Source: Candidatus Bathyarchaeota archaeon
Lineage (GTDB): Archaea > Thermoproteota > Bathyarchaeia > Bathyarchaeales > Bathycorpusculaceae
Direction: 5' to 3'
Length of the DNA stretch: 64,000 bases
Assembly (NCBI GenBank): GCA_963780185.1
Contig: CAWABA010000011.1
Coordinates: forward strand, 32,001-96,000
Shown: piece after piece, positions 9,935 to 19,991 of the stretch
Layout of the letters: each line of letters begins with the position of its first letter
Position numbering within the stretch: the stretch's first letter is position 1
Notes under the pieces: generated by a model
Seen by the model: the letters and a program-made list of their open reading frames with translations, nothing else
Database searches by the model: none
What the model was told of the DNA's origin: nothing
Program-made: the position numbers and the translations under genes

Positions 9935-10267
9935 TTACCCGATTTTGCTGCCTTCAACAATGTCTTTCTCAGGCATAAGCACAGAAACATGGTCTTCGCT
10001 GTCTTCAGCCGCCAAAATCATGCATTGCGATTCGACGCCTGCCAAAACGCGTCTCTGAAGGTTTAGAAGGAAAACGCATTTTTTGCCGACCAACTGCTCA
10101 GGCAGGTAATACTTTAGCAACCCTGCAACAGCCTGCCGCTTCTCGGAGCCGAAGTCAACGGTCAATTTGATGAGTTTTTTTGAGTTAGGAATCTGTTCCG
10201 CTTCAATTATCTTTCCCACTCGAAGATCAAGTTTCTGGAACTCAGCGAATGAAACTTCTTCAGCCAA
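9935..10267 (-). CDS. tRNA-binding OB-fold protein (CsaA / MetRS C-terminal-like)
   Basis: FQKLDLRVGKI..SKKLIKLTVDFG..GVESQCMIL. Confidence 0.92.
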   Translation of the reverse strand: MAEEVSFAEFQKLDLRVGKIIEAEQIPNSKKLIKLTVDFGSEKRQAVAGLLKYYLPEQLVGKKCVFLLNLQRRVLAGVESQCMILAAEDSEDHVSVLMPEKDIVEGSKIG

Positions 10268-10291
10268 ACCCTGTCACGCTCACACGATAAT

Positions 10292-10960
10292 TTACGTTTC
10301 AGCGATGTTTATTTTGTTTTCTGAAGTCAGCCTGTTTCTTTCCCTGGTCGCTAACGTGTGAGCTTGCAAGGTTGGCTCGGGGATTCGGGTTTTGGAGCAG
10401 CGGCAAACGATTTTAACTGCTGTTTGGAGAGAAACCATGTGGCCGACGCTTACGAAAATCGGTTTTGTCCCATCTTTGGTGCAGACTACCGCGCCGATGA
10501 CTTCTTCCTTGTCTACCAAAAATGTTTGCCCATGCATCTCCACTGGCTTGCCGAGTAAGCGGCTTTTTGCGGCGCCGATAGTGGGTTTTCCGAGGGCGAG
10601 TCCAAGGTGGCTGGCGAATCCGCATCTGTACGGATGGGCGTATCCCTGCGCGTCGACGAGGAAGACGTCGGGTTCGAGCCTGAGTTTCTTAATTGCCGCC
10701 AAGGCAGGCGGGATTTCTCTGAAGGAAAGCAAGGTAGGGATGTACGGCATCTTAGCGGGGCAGCAGGAGACTTGGGCTTCCAAGAGCTGGAGCGATTCGT
10801 AATCCAAAACTGCCACGGCTCCAACGGCGACGTCCCCGACGTATGAAACGTCAACGCCCGCGACCGTTTTGATTTGCCGCGGCAGCCTGTCTTCCAAAAT
10901 CAACTTTTTAGAAAGGCAAAGCTGGGTTCTATGTGCCTTTTGAACGGAGAAATTCTTCAT
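10292..10960 (-). CDS. nfi: Endonuclease V
   Basis: AGVDVSY, PYIPTLLSFRE, VDAQGYAHP..GFASHLG, GAAK, RIPEP..AH. Confidence 0.96.
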   Translation of the reverse strand: MKNFSVQKAHRTQLCLSKKLILEDRLPRQIKTVAGVDVSYVGDVAVGAVAVLDYESLQLLEAQVSCCPAKMPYIPTLLSFREIPPALAAIKKLRLEPDVFLVDAQGYAHPYRCGFASHLGLALGKPTIGAAKSRLLGKPVEMHGQTFLVDKEEVIGAVVCTKDGTKPIFVSVGHMVSLQTAVKIVCRCSKTRIPEPTLQAHTLATRERNRLTSENKINIAET

Positions 10961-10977
10961 TAACCCTCGTTGGTTAT

Positions 10978-11649
10978 TCAAGTTTTAGCCTTTCGTGGCT
11001 TGCGTTTGGCTGCTGGCTTGGGCAGCTCCAGCTTTTTTAAGTAGTCTTCAAGGGATTTTCTGCGAACTTCAAGCGTTATGTCGCCTCTGGTTGTCTCGAT
11101 TATTCTTCTCGCAATGTCAGATTTATGCCGAAGCCCAGGAACAAGCATGTAAGCCTCGTCAAGTGCTAAGAGCTGGATGAAGACTTGGTCCATGATTTCG
11201 AGGCATTCCTCACCCTTTTTGACTTCGCCTTCCCGCAAGTTATCAAGCGCCAAACGCCTGTACTCGCCGATAACATCCGCCAACCCAAGCACGTAATCAG
11301 TCGAAGGCACATTAATCTCTGCAGGGGTAACGAAGCGGGACTCCTTAACTAAAACCAGGAAAATGCGTGCTTCCGAATATTCTTGGAGCGCCGCGCTGAA
11401 CATGCCGCCATAAATTATTTCGGGGCAATCCTCTGAGAGGGTTTGAAGGGTTGAAATTTTTTCTTTTGCTTCCGCGATGAATTTTTCGGCTTCTACGTAT
11501 TTTTTTTGGTGTATTAGCAGTATTGCTTGTTTGGAGAGGCTTGTTGCTTTTCGCATGCTTTCGTGGGTTTCTTCGCGTATTTTGTTTTTTTGCATGAGTT
11601 CGGTTTTTACTTCTTGAAGAACACTTTCTAAAGTGGACAAACGCATCAT
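10978..11649 (-). CDS. Translin/TRAX (C3PO) family RNase
   Basis: ALQEYSEA and DYVLGLADVIGEYRR motifs. Confidence 0.9.
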   Translation of the reverse strand: MMRLSTLESVLQEVKTELMQKNKIREETHESMRKATSLSKQAILLIHQKKYVEAEKFIAEAKEKISTLQTLSEDCPEIIYGGMFSAALQEYSEARIFLVLVKESRFVTPAEINVPSTDYVLGLADVIGEYRRLALDNLREGEVKKGEECLEIMDQVFIQLLALDEAYMLVPGLRHKSDIARRIIETTRGDITLEVRRKSLEDYLKKLELPKPAAKRKPRKAKT

Positions 11650-11707
11650 CTGAATAGTTGAATTGTTTCGGGGTTTATTTCAATTTCTTTAAAAAACCGT
11701 CTGGCGC

Positions 11708-11890
11708 TTAGGCGTCGGGCCATTTCTCGATTAGAACTTTGGTGTCGCCTAATGTGAAGCTTACTTTGACGAATCTTGAGGCGGTTACTTTGAATGGGAA
11801 CATGCTGTCTTCCGCTAGGTCTTTGGGCAAGTACACCATGTATTTGCCGTCTTTTCTTTTGAACAGGCGTCCCTTTCCTTCGCTAACCAT
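11708..11890 (-). CDS. Small hypothetical protein, possible AbrB-like fold
   Basis: GKYMVYLPKDLA motif; ATG at 11890. Confidence 0.55.
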   Translation of the reverse strand: MVSEGKGRLFKRKDGKYMVYLPKDLAEDSMFPFKVTASRFVKVSFTLGDTKVLIEKWPDA

Positions 11891-11977
11891 ACATACAACC
11901 GCTTGGCAGTTAACCAATAGGCAAAAAATAACTATTTAAGCCTTATCTGACAAAGTCAGCCCGAAACAACGGCGGTT

Positions 11978-12949
11978 TTAGCTGGCTCCCACTTGAACGG
12001 GTTTTTTTAGCTTGCTCAGCAGCACAACTCTGCTTTCGGGCGCCTCGTTAATAATCATGTAACCCGTCTTTTCCGCGAGTTGCTGGGCAAAATCTTTGAC
12101 TTCGCCGTGCATCGGCATGCGTTCGAACCCTAAGCGCAGATTTGAGAAGCCGATGTGCATGTAGGCTTTTGCTTCGATGTAAGTGGGGTTAGCCTTCTCG
12201 ACGAGTTTAGCGTACTCATCTACACAGTTCATGTTCAACCCCTTCACCAGGGTTGTTCGCAAAACCGTTGGGCAACGAAAACTCTGCAGCAAGCCCAGCG
12301 TTTCATTCAGTTTTGTCCAGGCATCTGGGAACTCTGGTCGGCAAACCCGCTTGTACACCTCCTCGTTTGGTGCGCATACGGAAACGTAGAGTTGGGTGGG
12401 TTCTTGGCTGAGTTTTGAAAGCTTAGCCGGAAGGGTGCCGTTGGTGACCAAAAAAGTTGTTAAGCCCTTCTGGTGGAAAGCTGCAATTAGCTCTCCGAGG
12501 GGTTCGTAGAGCGTTGGTTCCCCAGTTAAGCTTATGGCAACCTGTTTAGGCGTTAGTGCTTCTTGGAATTTGCGCCAGTTCGCTTTGGTGTTGCCCTTGT
12601 ACCCAGTCAAAATCCGTTCCTGCGCCTTGAAGCATCCTTCGACAATTGATTCAGGAGAATCGACTTTGGGGATTTTAGTTTCGTCCCAAGTAACCTGTAA
12701 ATCGCCGCTTTGGGCTCTCCAGCAGAACAGGCATTGCTGGGTGCAGTAGTAGAGGCTGGGCGTCATCTGGATGCATCTGTGTGATTTGATGCCGTAGAAC
12801 TTCTGTTTATAGCAGGGTCTATCGTTGACTATGGATTCGTAGAGCCACTTGCACCGTTTAACCGCTGAGTGGGCACCGACTAAATGGTATTTTTGCTTCT
12901 TGAGGGCGCTTGAAAGCGTGGCTTCAGTGCTTTTTTCCAATTCTTCCAC
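11978..12949 (-). CDS. taw1: 4-demethylwyosine synthase (Taw1/TYW1 radical SAM)
   Basis: HSAVKRCKW, CYKQKFYGIKSHRCIQMTP, CTQQCLFCWR, SLTGEPT. Confidence 0.97.
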   Translation of the reverse strand: MEELEKSTEATLSSALKKQKYHLVGAHSAVKRCKWLYESIVNDRPCYKQKFYGIKSHRCIQMTPSLYYCTQQCLFCWRAQSGDLQVTWDETKIPKVDSPESIVEGCFKAQERILTGYKGNTKANWRKFQEALTPKQVAISLTGEPTLYEPLGELIAAFHQKGLTTFLVTNGTLPAKLSKLSQEPTQLYVSVCAPNEEVYKRVCRPEFPDAWTKLNETLGLLQSFRCPTVLRTTLVKGLNMNCVDEYAKLVEKANPTYIEAKAYMHIGFSNLRLGFERMPMHGEVKDFAQQLAEKTGYMIINEAPESRVVLLSKLKKPVQVGAS

Positions 12950-13107
12950 CGAAATTTAGGTACAATTAGAAGGTTCGTTCTTTTAAGAATCCCGTTGCGG
13001 GGGGTCATTTTTGACGTTGGAGGCTCCGTGCATAATCCTGTTTAGGCGATATGGGTCTTTATTTGGCGAGTTTATGGGCAAAGTTTAAAATCCTCTCTTA
13101 ATTAATC

Positions 13108-15288
13108 ATGAGAGCAACTATAGAAGTGAGTATCTACCTTTCGGGAGAGCAAAGTGGTTTGAACAGAAAGATTATTGCAATTACCGTCCTAGTTTTCATG
13201 TCACTAGCAGCTGCAATTACACCCTTCGCCATTGTGCTTGGTCAGGGCAGCCAACTTGGCGTAAGCATCATACAAGTCGTCCCCGCAGCCTATGCAAACA
13301 CTACAACGCAGATAAACAGCGTTTACAACGGGTCGGCTGGTCAACTCTATAACGTTAAAGGGACCATTTACACCAGCAATGGCACCTACAACGTCATTAT
13401 GGAAAACACAATTGTTGCATCCGGCAAAGCCAGTGGATTCTACGTTAACACCAACTTTACGGTTCCCCAGCTTCCAGGCGGCGACCACAACTTCCTAATT
13501 GAAGATGTGCAGCAAGGAAACTTGAACTCCACCGGCTCAACCCCTGAACAATTCAAAATTACACCTGCCTACACGGTAACCCCAGCCAACGCCTACAATC
13601 AGGAAGGCGCCAACGTAGCCTTGACTGTTGGGCTCACGGGAGGCAACTCAGGCTTAACCTACGCAGCCAACATTACGGTTGTGCTGCCCAGCCCGCTTAA
13701 CGGGAACTTTTCAGATGTAATCTCGTTGACTGCTAACGCCGTTGGATCCGCGTCTGAGCAAATTACTTTCCCAAGCACCAACTTCGTATCAGGTGACTCA
13801 CTGGGTATAACGCCCACAACAGTTTACGCAGGCAACTACACATTATACTTCAACATGACCCAAGTCTTGGGGGAAAACCAGTTTAGCGTCGGTTTCCTCG
13901 ATGCCTCAACATACCACAGAGGTCAAACAGCAACTATAACCGCGCAAGGGTACAGCGCTGGGCAAACTGCAACATTGAGTGTGGTAAACGTTGCAACAGG
14001 TTCAAGCTTCCCCGCGGTTCCAGTAACCGCCGACGCAAATGGCCAAATAAGCACAACATGGCTTGTTCCAGATACCGCTGCAGTCGGCAGCTACAAAGCA
14101 TCAATCACCACCACCAGCGGCAACGCGAAACTGCTGCAGGACGCGCAAACTTTCTTTGTTGTTGGATACTCCGTCACCGTAACAACGTTAAACCTTGCTG
14201 GCCAAACAGTGCCTAGCATACTTGTTGTAGTTCACGACTCGTCTGCCAATACATCTTACAATGCGACAAGCGGCGTCAACGGTGTGGCAAGCTTCAAGCT
14301 GGAAGCTGGCGCCTACGATTTGGCTGCTTCCTATAAAGGCGTTAACATTGGGAACACCAACATTACAGTCACTGGCGCAGGCAACTTCAACTTCATGTGC
14401 CAGTTAACTGACCTTGTAGTTAAGGTGCAAAACGAAAATGGAACTGCACTACCCTCCGTGAATTTAGTCATATCGTCTTCTCTAACCGGGAGCGTTTCGG
14501 GTCAAACGGGGCCTTCGGGAACTTACACCTTGAATTCAACTTTAAGCGGAATAAGCTACACCATTAATGCTACAATGTATGATAAACAATTCAACGCAAA
14601 CAATGAAACCCTCAGCAACCTTCCAGCACAAGCAAGCTACCAATTTGTGGTAACTTGCCCAACGGAAACGCAAACAATCAACGTCATCGGCTACAACAAC
14701 GAGGCAATCTCAGGTGCAAGCCTAAGACTCGTAGAGTTGACAAACGGCTTATTCTACACAGCCACAACGGACAGTTCAGGCTCAGCCACTGCACCATTAA
14801 CCTTCGGAGAGTATAAGCTCCAAATATACCAAAACAATTTCCTCCTCAACGAGACAACCCTAAAAGCCTTCAGCCCAAGTGAAACGACAATACGGTGCAC
14901 TCTTTACGGCATTCAAGTAGAAGTGTCAGTTGTCGATTACTTCGGGTCGCCAATTTCAAACGCCAACGTCACAGTCAATGGACCAGCATCGGAACACTTC
15001 TCCGCGATGACTCCAGGAAACGGAAAAGCCACTTTCAGCAACGTAGTCGGCGGAAACCTGCAGATAATCGCCTTCGCCAAAGGCGCCCAAAGCAGCTACC
15101 AATCGATATCCCTAACAGCTAACCAGCCGACTTCAGTCCAGATAAAAATGGGCGGATACGTTGCCCTCGGAGGACTCCTGATACCCACAACCGCACTAAT
15201 TACACTGATATTCATAATAGTAGCCATTGTCCTGGTAATCGTCGTTGAAATGTTCCTGCGACAAAGACGCCGTGCTAACCAAGCTTAA
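13108..15288 (+). CDS. Large secreted, C-terminally anchored surface glycoprotein with tandem beta-sandwich (carboxypeptidase-regulatory-like) domains
   Basis: Signal-like hydrophobic N-terminus, T/S/N/G-rich repeats (TTDSSGSA-type), many NxT/S sites, C-terminal TM plus RQRRR. Confidence 0.85.
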   Translation: MRATIEVSIYLSGEQSGLNRKIIAITVLVFMSLAAAITPFAIVLGQGSQLGVSIIQVVPAAYANTTTQINSVYNGSAGQLYNVKGTIYTSNGTYNVIMENTIVASGKASGFYVNTNFTVPQLPGGDHNFLIEDVQQGNLNSTGSTPEQFKITPAYTVTPANAYNQEGANVALTVGLTGGNSGLTYAANITVVLPSPLNGNFSDVISLTANAVGSASEQITFPSTNFVSGDSLGITPTTVYAGNYTLYFNMTQVLGENQFSVGFLDASTYHRGQTATITAQGYSAGQTATLSVVNVATGSSFPAVPVTADANGQISTTWLVPDTAAVGSYKASITTTSGNAKLLQDAQTFFVVGYSVTVTTLNLAGQTVPSILVVVHDSSANTSYNATSGVNGVASFKLEAGAYDLAASYKGVNIGNTNITVTGAGNFNFMCQLTDLVVKVQNENGTALPSVNLVISSSLTGSVSGQTGPSGTYTLNSTLSGISYTINATMYDKQFNANNETLSNLPAQASYQFVVTCPTETQTINVIGYNNEAISGASLRLVELTNGLFYTATTDSSGSATAPLTFGEYKLQIYQNNFLLNETTLKAFSPSETTIRCTLYGIQVEVSVVDYFGSPISNANVTVNGPASEHFSAMTPGNGKATFSNVVGGNLQIIAFAKGAQSSYQSISLTANQPTSVQIKMGGYVALGGLLIPTTALITLIFIIVAIVLVIVVEMFLRQRRRANQA

Positions 15289-15393
15289 GGATCAATTTCC
15301 CCCTTGATTAGAAAAAAGTTTATATCTTTTCCAAATAACATAAAAGAAACAGGACAAAACAACAGCGAAATACAATTTTGATTTGACGTTGAG

Positions 15394-15693
15394 GTGTATC
15401 TATTGGCTCAATCAAAAGCTTGTTCTCCAACATGCAGCGCTTTTAAATGTGGCAAAAACTCGGTTTTTTTCCAGCGAAACGCCGTTTGGTGTAGAGAGAC
15501 CGAAGAACTATGCAATGTCGGAGGCTGCACATACTCCATGTGTGCGAAAAGGCGTTTGCTGCCGATGGGTGTTTGCGGTGAAACCGTCAAAAGGCAGACC
15601 GTTGAAAAAGACCTAGACGACCCGTTCTTCAGTGACTCGATAAGGATTAAGGGAAAAGCCCTGCGTAAACTTGGGGACAAAGAAATATACTAA
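15394..15693 (+). CDS. Hypothetical Cys-rich protein
   Basis: Eight Cys in the N-terminal two thirds; preceded by a TATA-like TTTATAT. Confidence 0.65.
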   Translation: MYLLAQSKACSPTCSAFKCGKNSVFFQRNAVWCRETEELCNVGGCTYSMCAKRRLLPMGVCGETVKRQTVEKDLDDPFFSDSIRIKGKALRKLGDKEIY

Positions 15694-15718
15694 GAAGCTA
15701 AAAAAAACAAAATTGAGT

Positions 15719-15740
15719 TACTCGTGTTAAAGCACGAGTA
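15719..15740. terminator. Hairpin between convergent genes
   Basis: TACTCGTG-ttaaag-CACGAGTA. Confidence 0.5.
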
Positions 15741-15747
15741 TTCCCTT

Positions 15748-15909
15748 CTATTTTGACTGAACACGTTTAACTACAGGCGGCTTAATTTTCTTGAGAATCC
15801 TGTAACCGCAAATTATGCATTTTGTTTCTCCGCCTCTTAGTTCTAATTCTTCAGATGGTACTCTCGCTCCGCATCTCATGCATTCGTAAACAATACCTGA
15901 TTTTTCCAT
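15748..15909 (-). CDS. rpo12: RNA polymerase subunit Rpo12 (P); absent from the ORF track
   Basis: Manual translation MEKSGIVYECMRCGARV...KCIICGYRILKKIKPPVVKRVQSK*. Confidence 0.95.
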   Translation of the reverse strand: MEKSGIVYECMRCGARVPSEELELRGGETKCIICGYRILKKIKPPVVKRVQSK

Positions 15910-15988
15910 TGGAAACGCCTGTCCTACAAAGAAAAGTATTTTGCTTTTAAAGGTTTTCTAAGTAAACTCGCCTTAAGAGGATAACTAG

Positions 15989-16855
15989 TTGAAACGTCGC
16001 CCAAAAGAGAAATTATCAGTGAGCGCCCCATCAGAAACGTTGAAGCCGCTCAACTATTCCTTCGACATCATAGGTGACATCGCAATCCTCAAAATCGCAA
16101 ACGACAACCTCGCCGACGCACAAGCTGCAGCCGAACAAACAATGGCGGTCCATAAAAGCGTGAAAACGGTTTTTCTGCAAACCAGTCCTGTCTTGGGCGA
16201 TTTCAGAGTTCGAGAGCTCAAGCTGCTGGCGGGCGAAGACAAAACAACCACCAAGTACAGGGAGTCGGGCTGCGTTTTTGCCGTTGACGTTGAGAATTGT
16301 TATTTTTCTCCCAGACTTTCACACGAGAGGATACGGATTGCGAGGCTTGTTAAAAGCGGCGAGAATGTGGTTAACATGTTTGCTGGAGTGGGCTGTTTCA
16401 GCATCATAATCGCGAAAACCGTGACTCAGAGTAAAGTGTTTTCAATCGATGTTAACCCCGCGGCATTCGACTGCATGGTGGATAACGTTAGAATCAACCG
16501 GGTTTTCGGCAAAGTTACTCCGTTGCTCGGCGACTCAAAAGAAGTAATCAAAGCCCAACTGCAGGGCAAAGCTGACCGCGTCCTGATGCCGCTTCCTGAA
16601 AAAGCCCTCGAGTACCTGCCCTACGCGGTTTTGGCGCTCAAGCCGTCTGGCGGCTGGATACACGTCTATGACTTCCAGCATGCAGCGGGAAAAGAAAAAC
16701 CTGAAGAAAAAACCAAGGCGAATGTTGCCCAAAAACTCGGCAGCTTAGGCGTTAGCTACAGCTTTGAATTTTCCCGCGTAGTTCGAAGCACGGGTCCTAA
16801 CTGGTACCAAACTGTACTGGATATCAAAGTCAATGGAGCGCCAAGCAAGTTTTAA
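15989..16855 (+). CDS. trm5: Trm5/Taw2-family tRNA G37 SAM-dependent transferase
   Basis: DIIGDIAI, YFSPRLSHER, NMFAGVG, DRVLMPLP. Confidence 0.9.
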   Translation: MKRRPKEKLSVSAPSETLKPLNYSFDIIGDIAILKIANDNLADAQAAAEQTMAVHKSVKTVFLQTSPVLGDFRVRELKLLAGEDKTTTKYRESGCVFAVDVENCYFSPRLSHERIRIARLVKSGENVVNMFAGVGCFSIIIAKTVTQSKVFSIDVNPAAFDCMVDNVRINRVFGKVTPLLGDSKEVIKAQLQGKADRVLMPLPEKALEYLPYAVLALKPSGGWIHVYDFQHAAGKEKPEEKTKANVAQKLGSLGVSYSFEFSRVVRSTGPNWYQTVLDIKVNGAPSKF

Positions 16856-16891
16856 TAGCTTAGACATCAACTATTTGTTTTGTGATTAACC

Positions 16892-17161
16892 TTGAAGCGT
16901 AAACTTATGGATATTTTGGCTTGCCCGATAGACAAGTATCATCCTCTTGAACTTCACGTTTTCGAGGAAAAAGACGAAATCGTGGAAGGCCTCATCGTTT
17001 GCCCGAAATGCCTCCGCTGGTACCCGATCCGAGACGAAATTCCAGAAATGCTTCCTGACGAACTTCGCAAAGAAACTGAAGATTTGCCATTCATGAAAAA
17101 GTGGAAGGCAAAAATTCCTGAGAAAATAGTCGCCGAAGGAAAACCCTTCAGCCTAAAATAA
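16892..17161 (+). CDS. trm112: Trm112-family methyltransferase activator
   Basis: LMDILACPIDK..CPKCLRWYPIRDEIPEMLP. Confidence 0.93.
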   Translation: MKRKLMDILACPIDKYHPLELHVFEEKDEIVEGLIVCPKCLRWYPIRDEIPEMLPDELRKETEDLPFMKKWKAKIPEKIVAEGKPFSLK

Positions 17162-17221
17162 TTCCTATTCTTTTCAATTATGCATTCGGCTGATTGCCCG
17201 CAAATCAATTGTCCTAGTTCT

Positions 17222-18559
17222 TTATCCTGTTCCTCTTCCTAATCCGCGGTACGTGAAGCCTTCTGCTTCAACTGATTCGCGTTCGAAGGCGCCTGCCAAA
17301 TCCACCATAATTGACGGCGTCTTAGTCATTGCTTTTATCTTTCTCAGGTTCAGGTGCTTAAACTGTTCTTCAGCCGTAAGTATAACTATGCAGTCAACGC
17401 CTTCTACAGCCTCGTTTAAGGTGGTTTTCACTGCCCCTAAATCTGACACGTCTCCTTTTGAAACGGGGTCATACAGGGTGGCTTTGGCGCCTTTTTGCAG
17501 CAACAACTTGACAAAAGCCGCGGAAGCCGTGCTTGGACTGATGGAGCCTAAAACCGCGATTTTCGCTCTTCTCAAGGTTTTGTTGCAGCTCCGCAAAGCA
17601 TCCTGCGTAAGATAGACCGCGTGTTTAACCATTTCCTCGTTTATCTGCCTAGCTAAATTCGGCAGCTTAAGTTTGACGTTAAGGTTTTCCGCGCCTTCAA
17701 GCAGCAGATAGGCTTCGTTCTTGTTTTCTTCGTCGTTAGTTGTTGGCCAAAAGTTCGGGTCATCGAACTCGGACAGCTTCAAAACCTTGAAGTAATCGAT
17801 GTTTGCGCTTTCGCAGAAAACAGCTAATTCGCTTGCTAAAGCCGCGTTCGCATCCTGTCTTGCGGCTGCAAAAAGCGTCACAATCTCAGCGGTCTTCACA
17901 TCGAATATAGGCTTCACGTTTTTCACGGCTGCTTTCACGAAGGCAACAACGGCGTCTTGCCCTGCTTTCCCAGCAACGGCAACCTTCAACTCCAAATCTG
18001 CGATGGGTTCAATGAACTGTTTAACCTGTGTGTTACGGATCGGAATGTATGCCAAAATGAAGTCCTGACCCGCCTTCAACCCCGATGTGTTCTCCAACGT
18101 TTCCTTCATAACGCCTTCAACGAACCCTAAACCTGCAACTTCACCGTAAATAACCAGCATACCCGAGTGCAGTGCCTCGCCGACTTGCTTGAGAGCGCTT
18201 AGCACTTCTGAAGAATCAATTTTTTTCTTGTCATCCACCTTCGCAGGAACAGCAACGATAACTGCGTCGCTTCGAGAAACGGCTTTTTTCAATTCGCTCG
18301 TGACGCTTAATTGTCCAGAGTTGATTAGGCTTTTAATTTTGCCTTCGATTTCTGGCTGCCTAAAAGGGGTTTTTGCTTTCGCAAATTTCTTTACCACACT
18401 TGGATCGGCGTCTGAACAGGACACTTGGAAGCCAGCTTGAGCAAAAGCATAAGCATAAAGAATCCCCTTCCGCCCGCATCCGACAACGCTAACCAAAAGC
18501 TTTGAACGCTTTTCGTTCGTGTCGATCTCGTCTGGTTTTAGGTTTAGAACATTGAGCAT
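17222..18559 (-). CDS. UDP-glucose/GDP-mannose dehydrogenase-like protein with a degenerate active site
   Basis: Three-domain layout recognisable (VSVVGCG, AELAVFCE-type helix, KIAVLG..YDP..DCIVILT) but catalytic K/N/C motifs absent. Confidence 0.8.
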   Translation of the reverse strand: MLNVLNLKPDEIDTNEKRSKLLVSVVGCGRKGILYAYAFAQAGFQVSCSDADPSVVKKFAKAKTPFRQPEIEGKIKSLINSGQLSVTSELKKAVSRSDAVIVAVPAKVDDKKKIDSSEVLSALKQVGEALHSGMLVIYGEVAGLGFVEGVMKETLENTSGLKAGQDFILAYIPIRNTQVKQFIEPIADLELKVAVAGKAGQDAVVAFVKAAVKNVKPIFDVKTAEIVTLFAAARQDANAALASELAVFCESANIDYFKVLKLSEFDDPNFWPTTNDEENKNEAYLLLEGAENLNVKLKLPNLARQINEEMVKHAVYLTQDALRSCNKTLRRAKIAVLGSISPSTASAAFVKLLLQKGAKATLYDPVSKGDVSDLGAVKTTLNEAVEGVDCIVILTAEEQFKHLNLRKIKAMTKTPSIMVDLAGAFERESVEAEGFTYRGLGRGTG

Positions 18560-18590
18560 CGAAGGGTTTTCTCCGGGGAATTCAGGCTTG

Positions 18591-19958
18591 CTAGAGCGTT
18601 TTTAGGGTCTTTTCAAGCTTTGAGGTGTAGTCTTTAACTAGCTTTAATGCTTTTTCTTGGTTTTTCGCCTCAGCGTAAAGCCTAAAAACGGGTTCTGTCC
18701 CGCTTGGTCTGATGAGGATGGCGCTGCTGTCGCTGAACCAAATCTTGATTCCGTCAATGGTGCTTATGTTTTCGCCTTTCACTTGCTCAAGCATTTTCTT
18801 TAAAAGACCCTGTTTCTTTTCGTCTGGGCACTCAATTTTCCCTTTCTCTATGAAGTATTGCGGTTGCTCAGCTACCAACTCAGAGAGCTTCTTTCCTGTT
18901 TGAGCCATAGTATCAAGCAACAGAGCAGTTGTCATTGCCCCGTCCCGCACGGCTTGGTGTGGACCATAAAAGATTCCACCGTTTTCTTCTCCGCCCAGCT
19001 TAGCATGGAGTTCTTTCATTTTCTGCGAAACCGTGACGCTTCCAACTTTGGTCCAGACCAACTCGCCCTTGTAGGCTTCGACTGTTTCCTTAATCAGGGT
19101 TGATGAGCTTACAGGTGTGACGATTTTTGCGCCTGGATTCTTGATGAGAAATTGTTTTGCAACTATCGCGAAGGTTTTGTCTCCCATGTAAATTGTCCCG
19201 TTCTCGTCGACAAAGATTGAGCGGTCAGCGTCGCCGTCGAAAGCCACGCCCATGTCTGCGCCGATAGCTTTTACCGTGGCTGATAGGTCGGTTAGGTTTT
19301 CGGGTCGTGGTTCAGGCATTCTTCCTGGAAAGGTGCCGTCGATGTTGGCGTTGATGCTGGTTACTTTGCAGCTAAGTTCCCTAAGCAGCTGCGGCCCAGT
19401 TAAGCCTCCGACACTGTTAGCAGCGTCGACCACGACATGGAAGTGTTTTTGCGCAATTTTCTGCAGATTAACGTGTTTTTTTATGGCTTGCACGTACTCG
19501 TCGTTGATTCCAGGCAGGTCCTGCACCGTGCCCAGCTTATCCCACTCGGCAAAAACAATCTTGTTGTCAAAATAAATGTTCTCTATTTCGACTTCTTGCT
19601 CATGGGAAGTTTCGATGCCGTCGCTCCAAATAACCTTGATGCCGTTATATTCAGGCGGGTTATGCGAAGCCGTAATTATCACGCCGCCGTCCATCTTGTG
19701 GTTCTTCACGGCGAATTGCAGAGAGGGAGTTGGCGCCATACCCGCGAAGAGCACATGGCAACCCGTGGAGGTTAAACCTGAAATCACCGCTTTAGCAAAC
19801 ATGCTGCCGCTTGTCCGTGCATCATAGCCGAGAAGCAGGTTTTTTCTTCCGAAAAAAGTTCCGATTGCGCAACCGACTTTAATCGCCATTTCAGGCGTCA
19901 ACTCGACGTTGACTAGGCCGCGGATGCCGTTGGTTCCGAAAAGCTTTCTTTCGCTCAT
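18591..19958 (-). CDS. glmM: Phosphoglucosamine mutase / phosphohexomutase
   Basis: LFGTNGIRG, ITASHNP, FDGDADR, GGEENGG, RPSGTEP. Confidence 0.93.
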   Translation of the reverse strand: MSERKLFGTNGIRGLVNVELTPEMAIKVGCAIGTFFGRKNLLLGYDARTSGSMFAKAVISGLTSTGCHVLFAGMAPTPSLQFAVKNHKMDGGVIITASHNPPEYNGIKVIWSDGIETSHEQEVEIENIYFDNKIVFAEWDKLGTVQDLPGINDEYVQAIKKHVNLQKIAQKHFHVVVDAANSVGGLTGPQLLRELSCKVTSINANIDGTFPGRMPEPRPENLTDLSATVKAIGADMGVAFDGDADRSIFVDENGTIYMGDKTFAIVAKQFLIKNPGAKIVTPVSSSTLIKETVEAYKGELVWTKVGSVTVSQKMKELHAKLGGEENGGIFYGPHQAVRDGAMTTALLLDTMAQTGKKLSELVAEQPQYFIEKGKIECPDEKKQGLLKKMLEQVKGENISTIDGIKIWFSDSSAILIRPSGTEPVFRLYAEAKNQEKALKLVKDYTSKLEKTLKTL

Positions 19959-19991
19959 AAATTTCACTTCATTTTTCAGTTAATAGTTAAC

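Noticed and set aside
9860-10066. ORFs at 9860-10066 and 48507-48716 sharing the peptide SMLKLLSVMGG
   Set aside because: Similarity comes from the DNA repeat; starts and ends differ, and one ORF runs antisense into a real gene.
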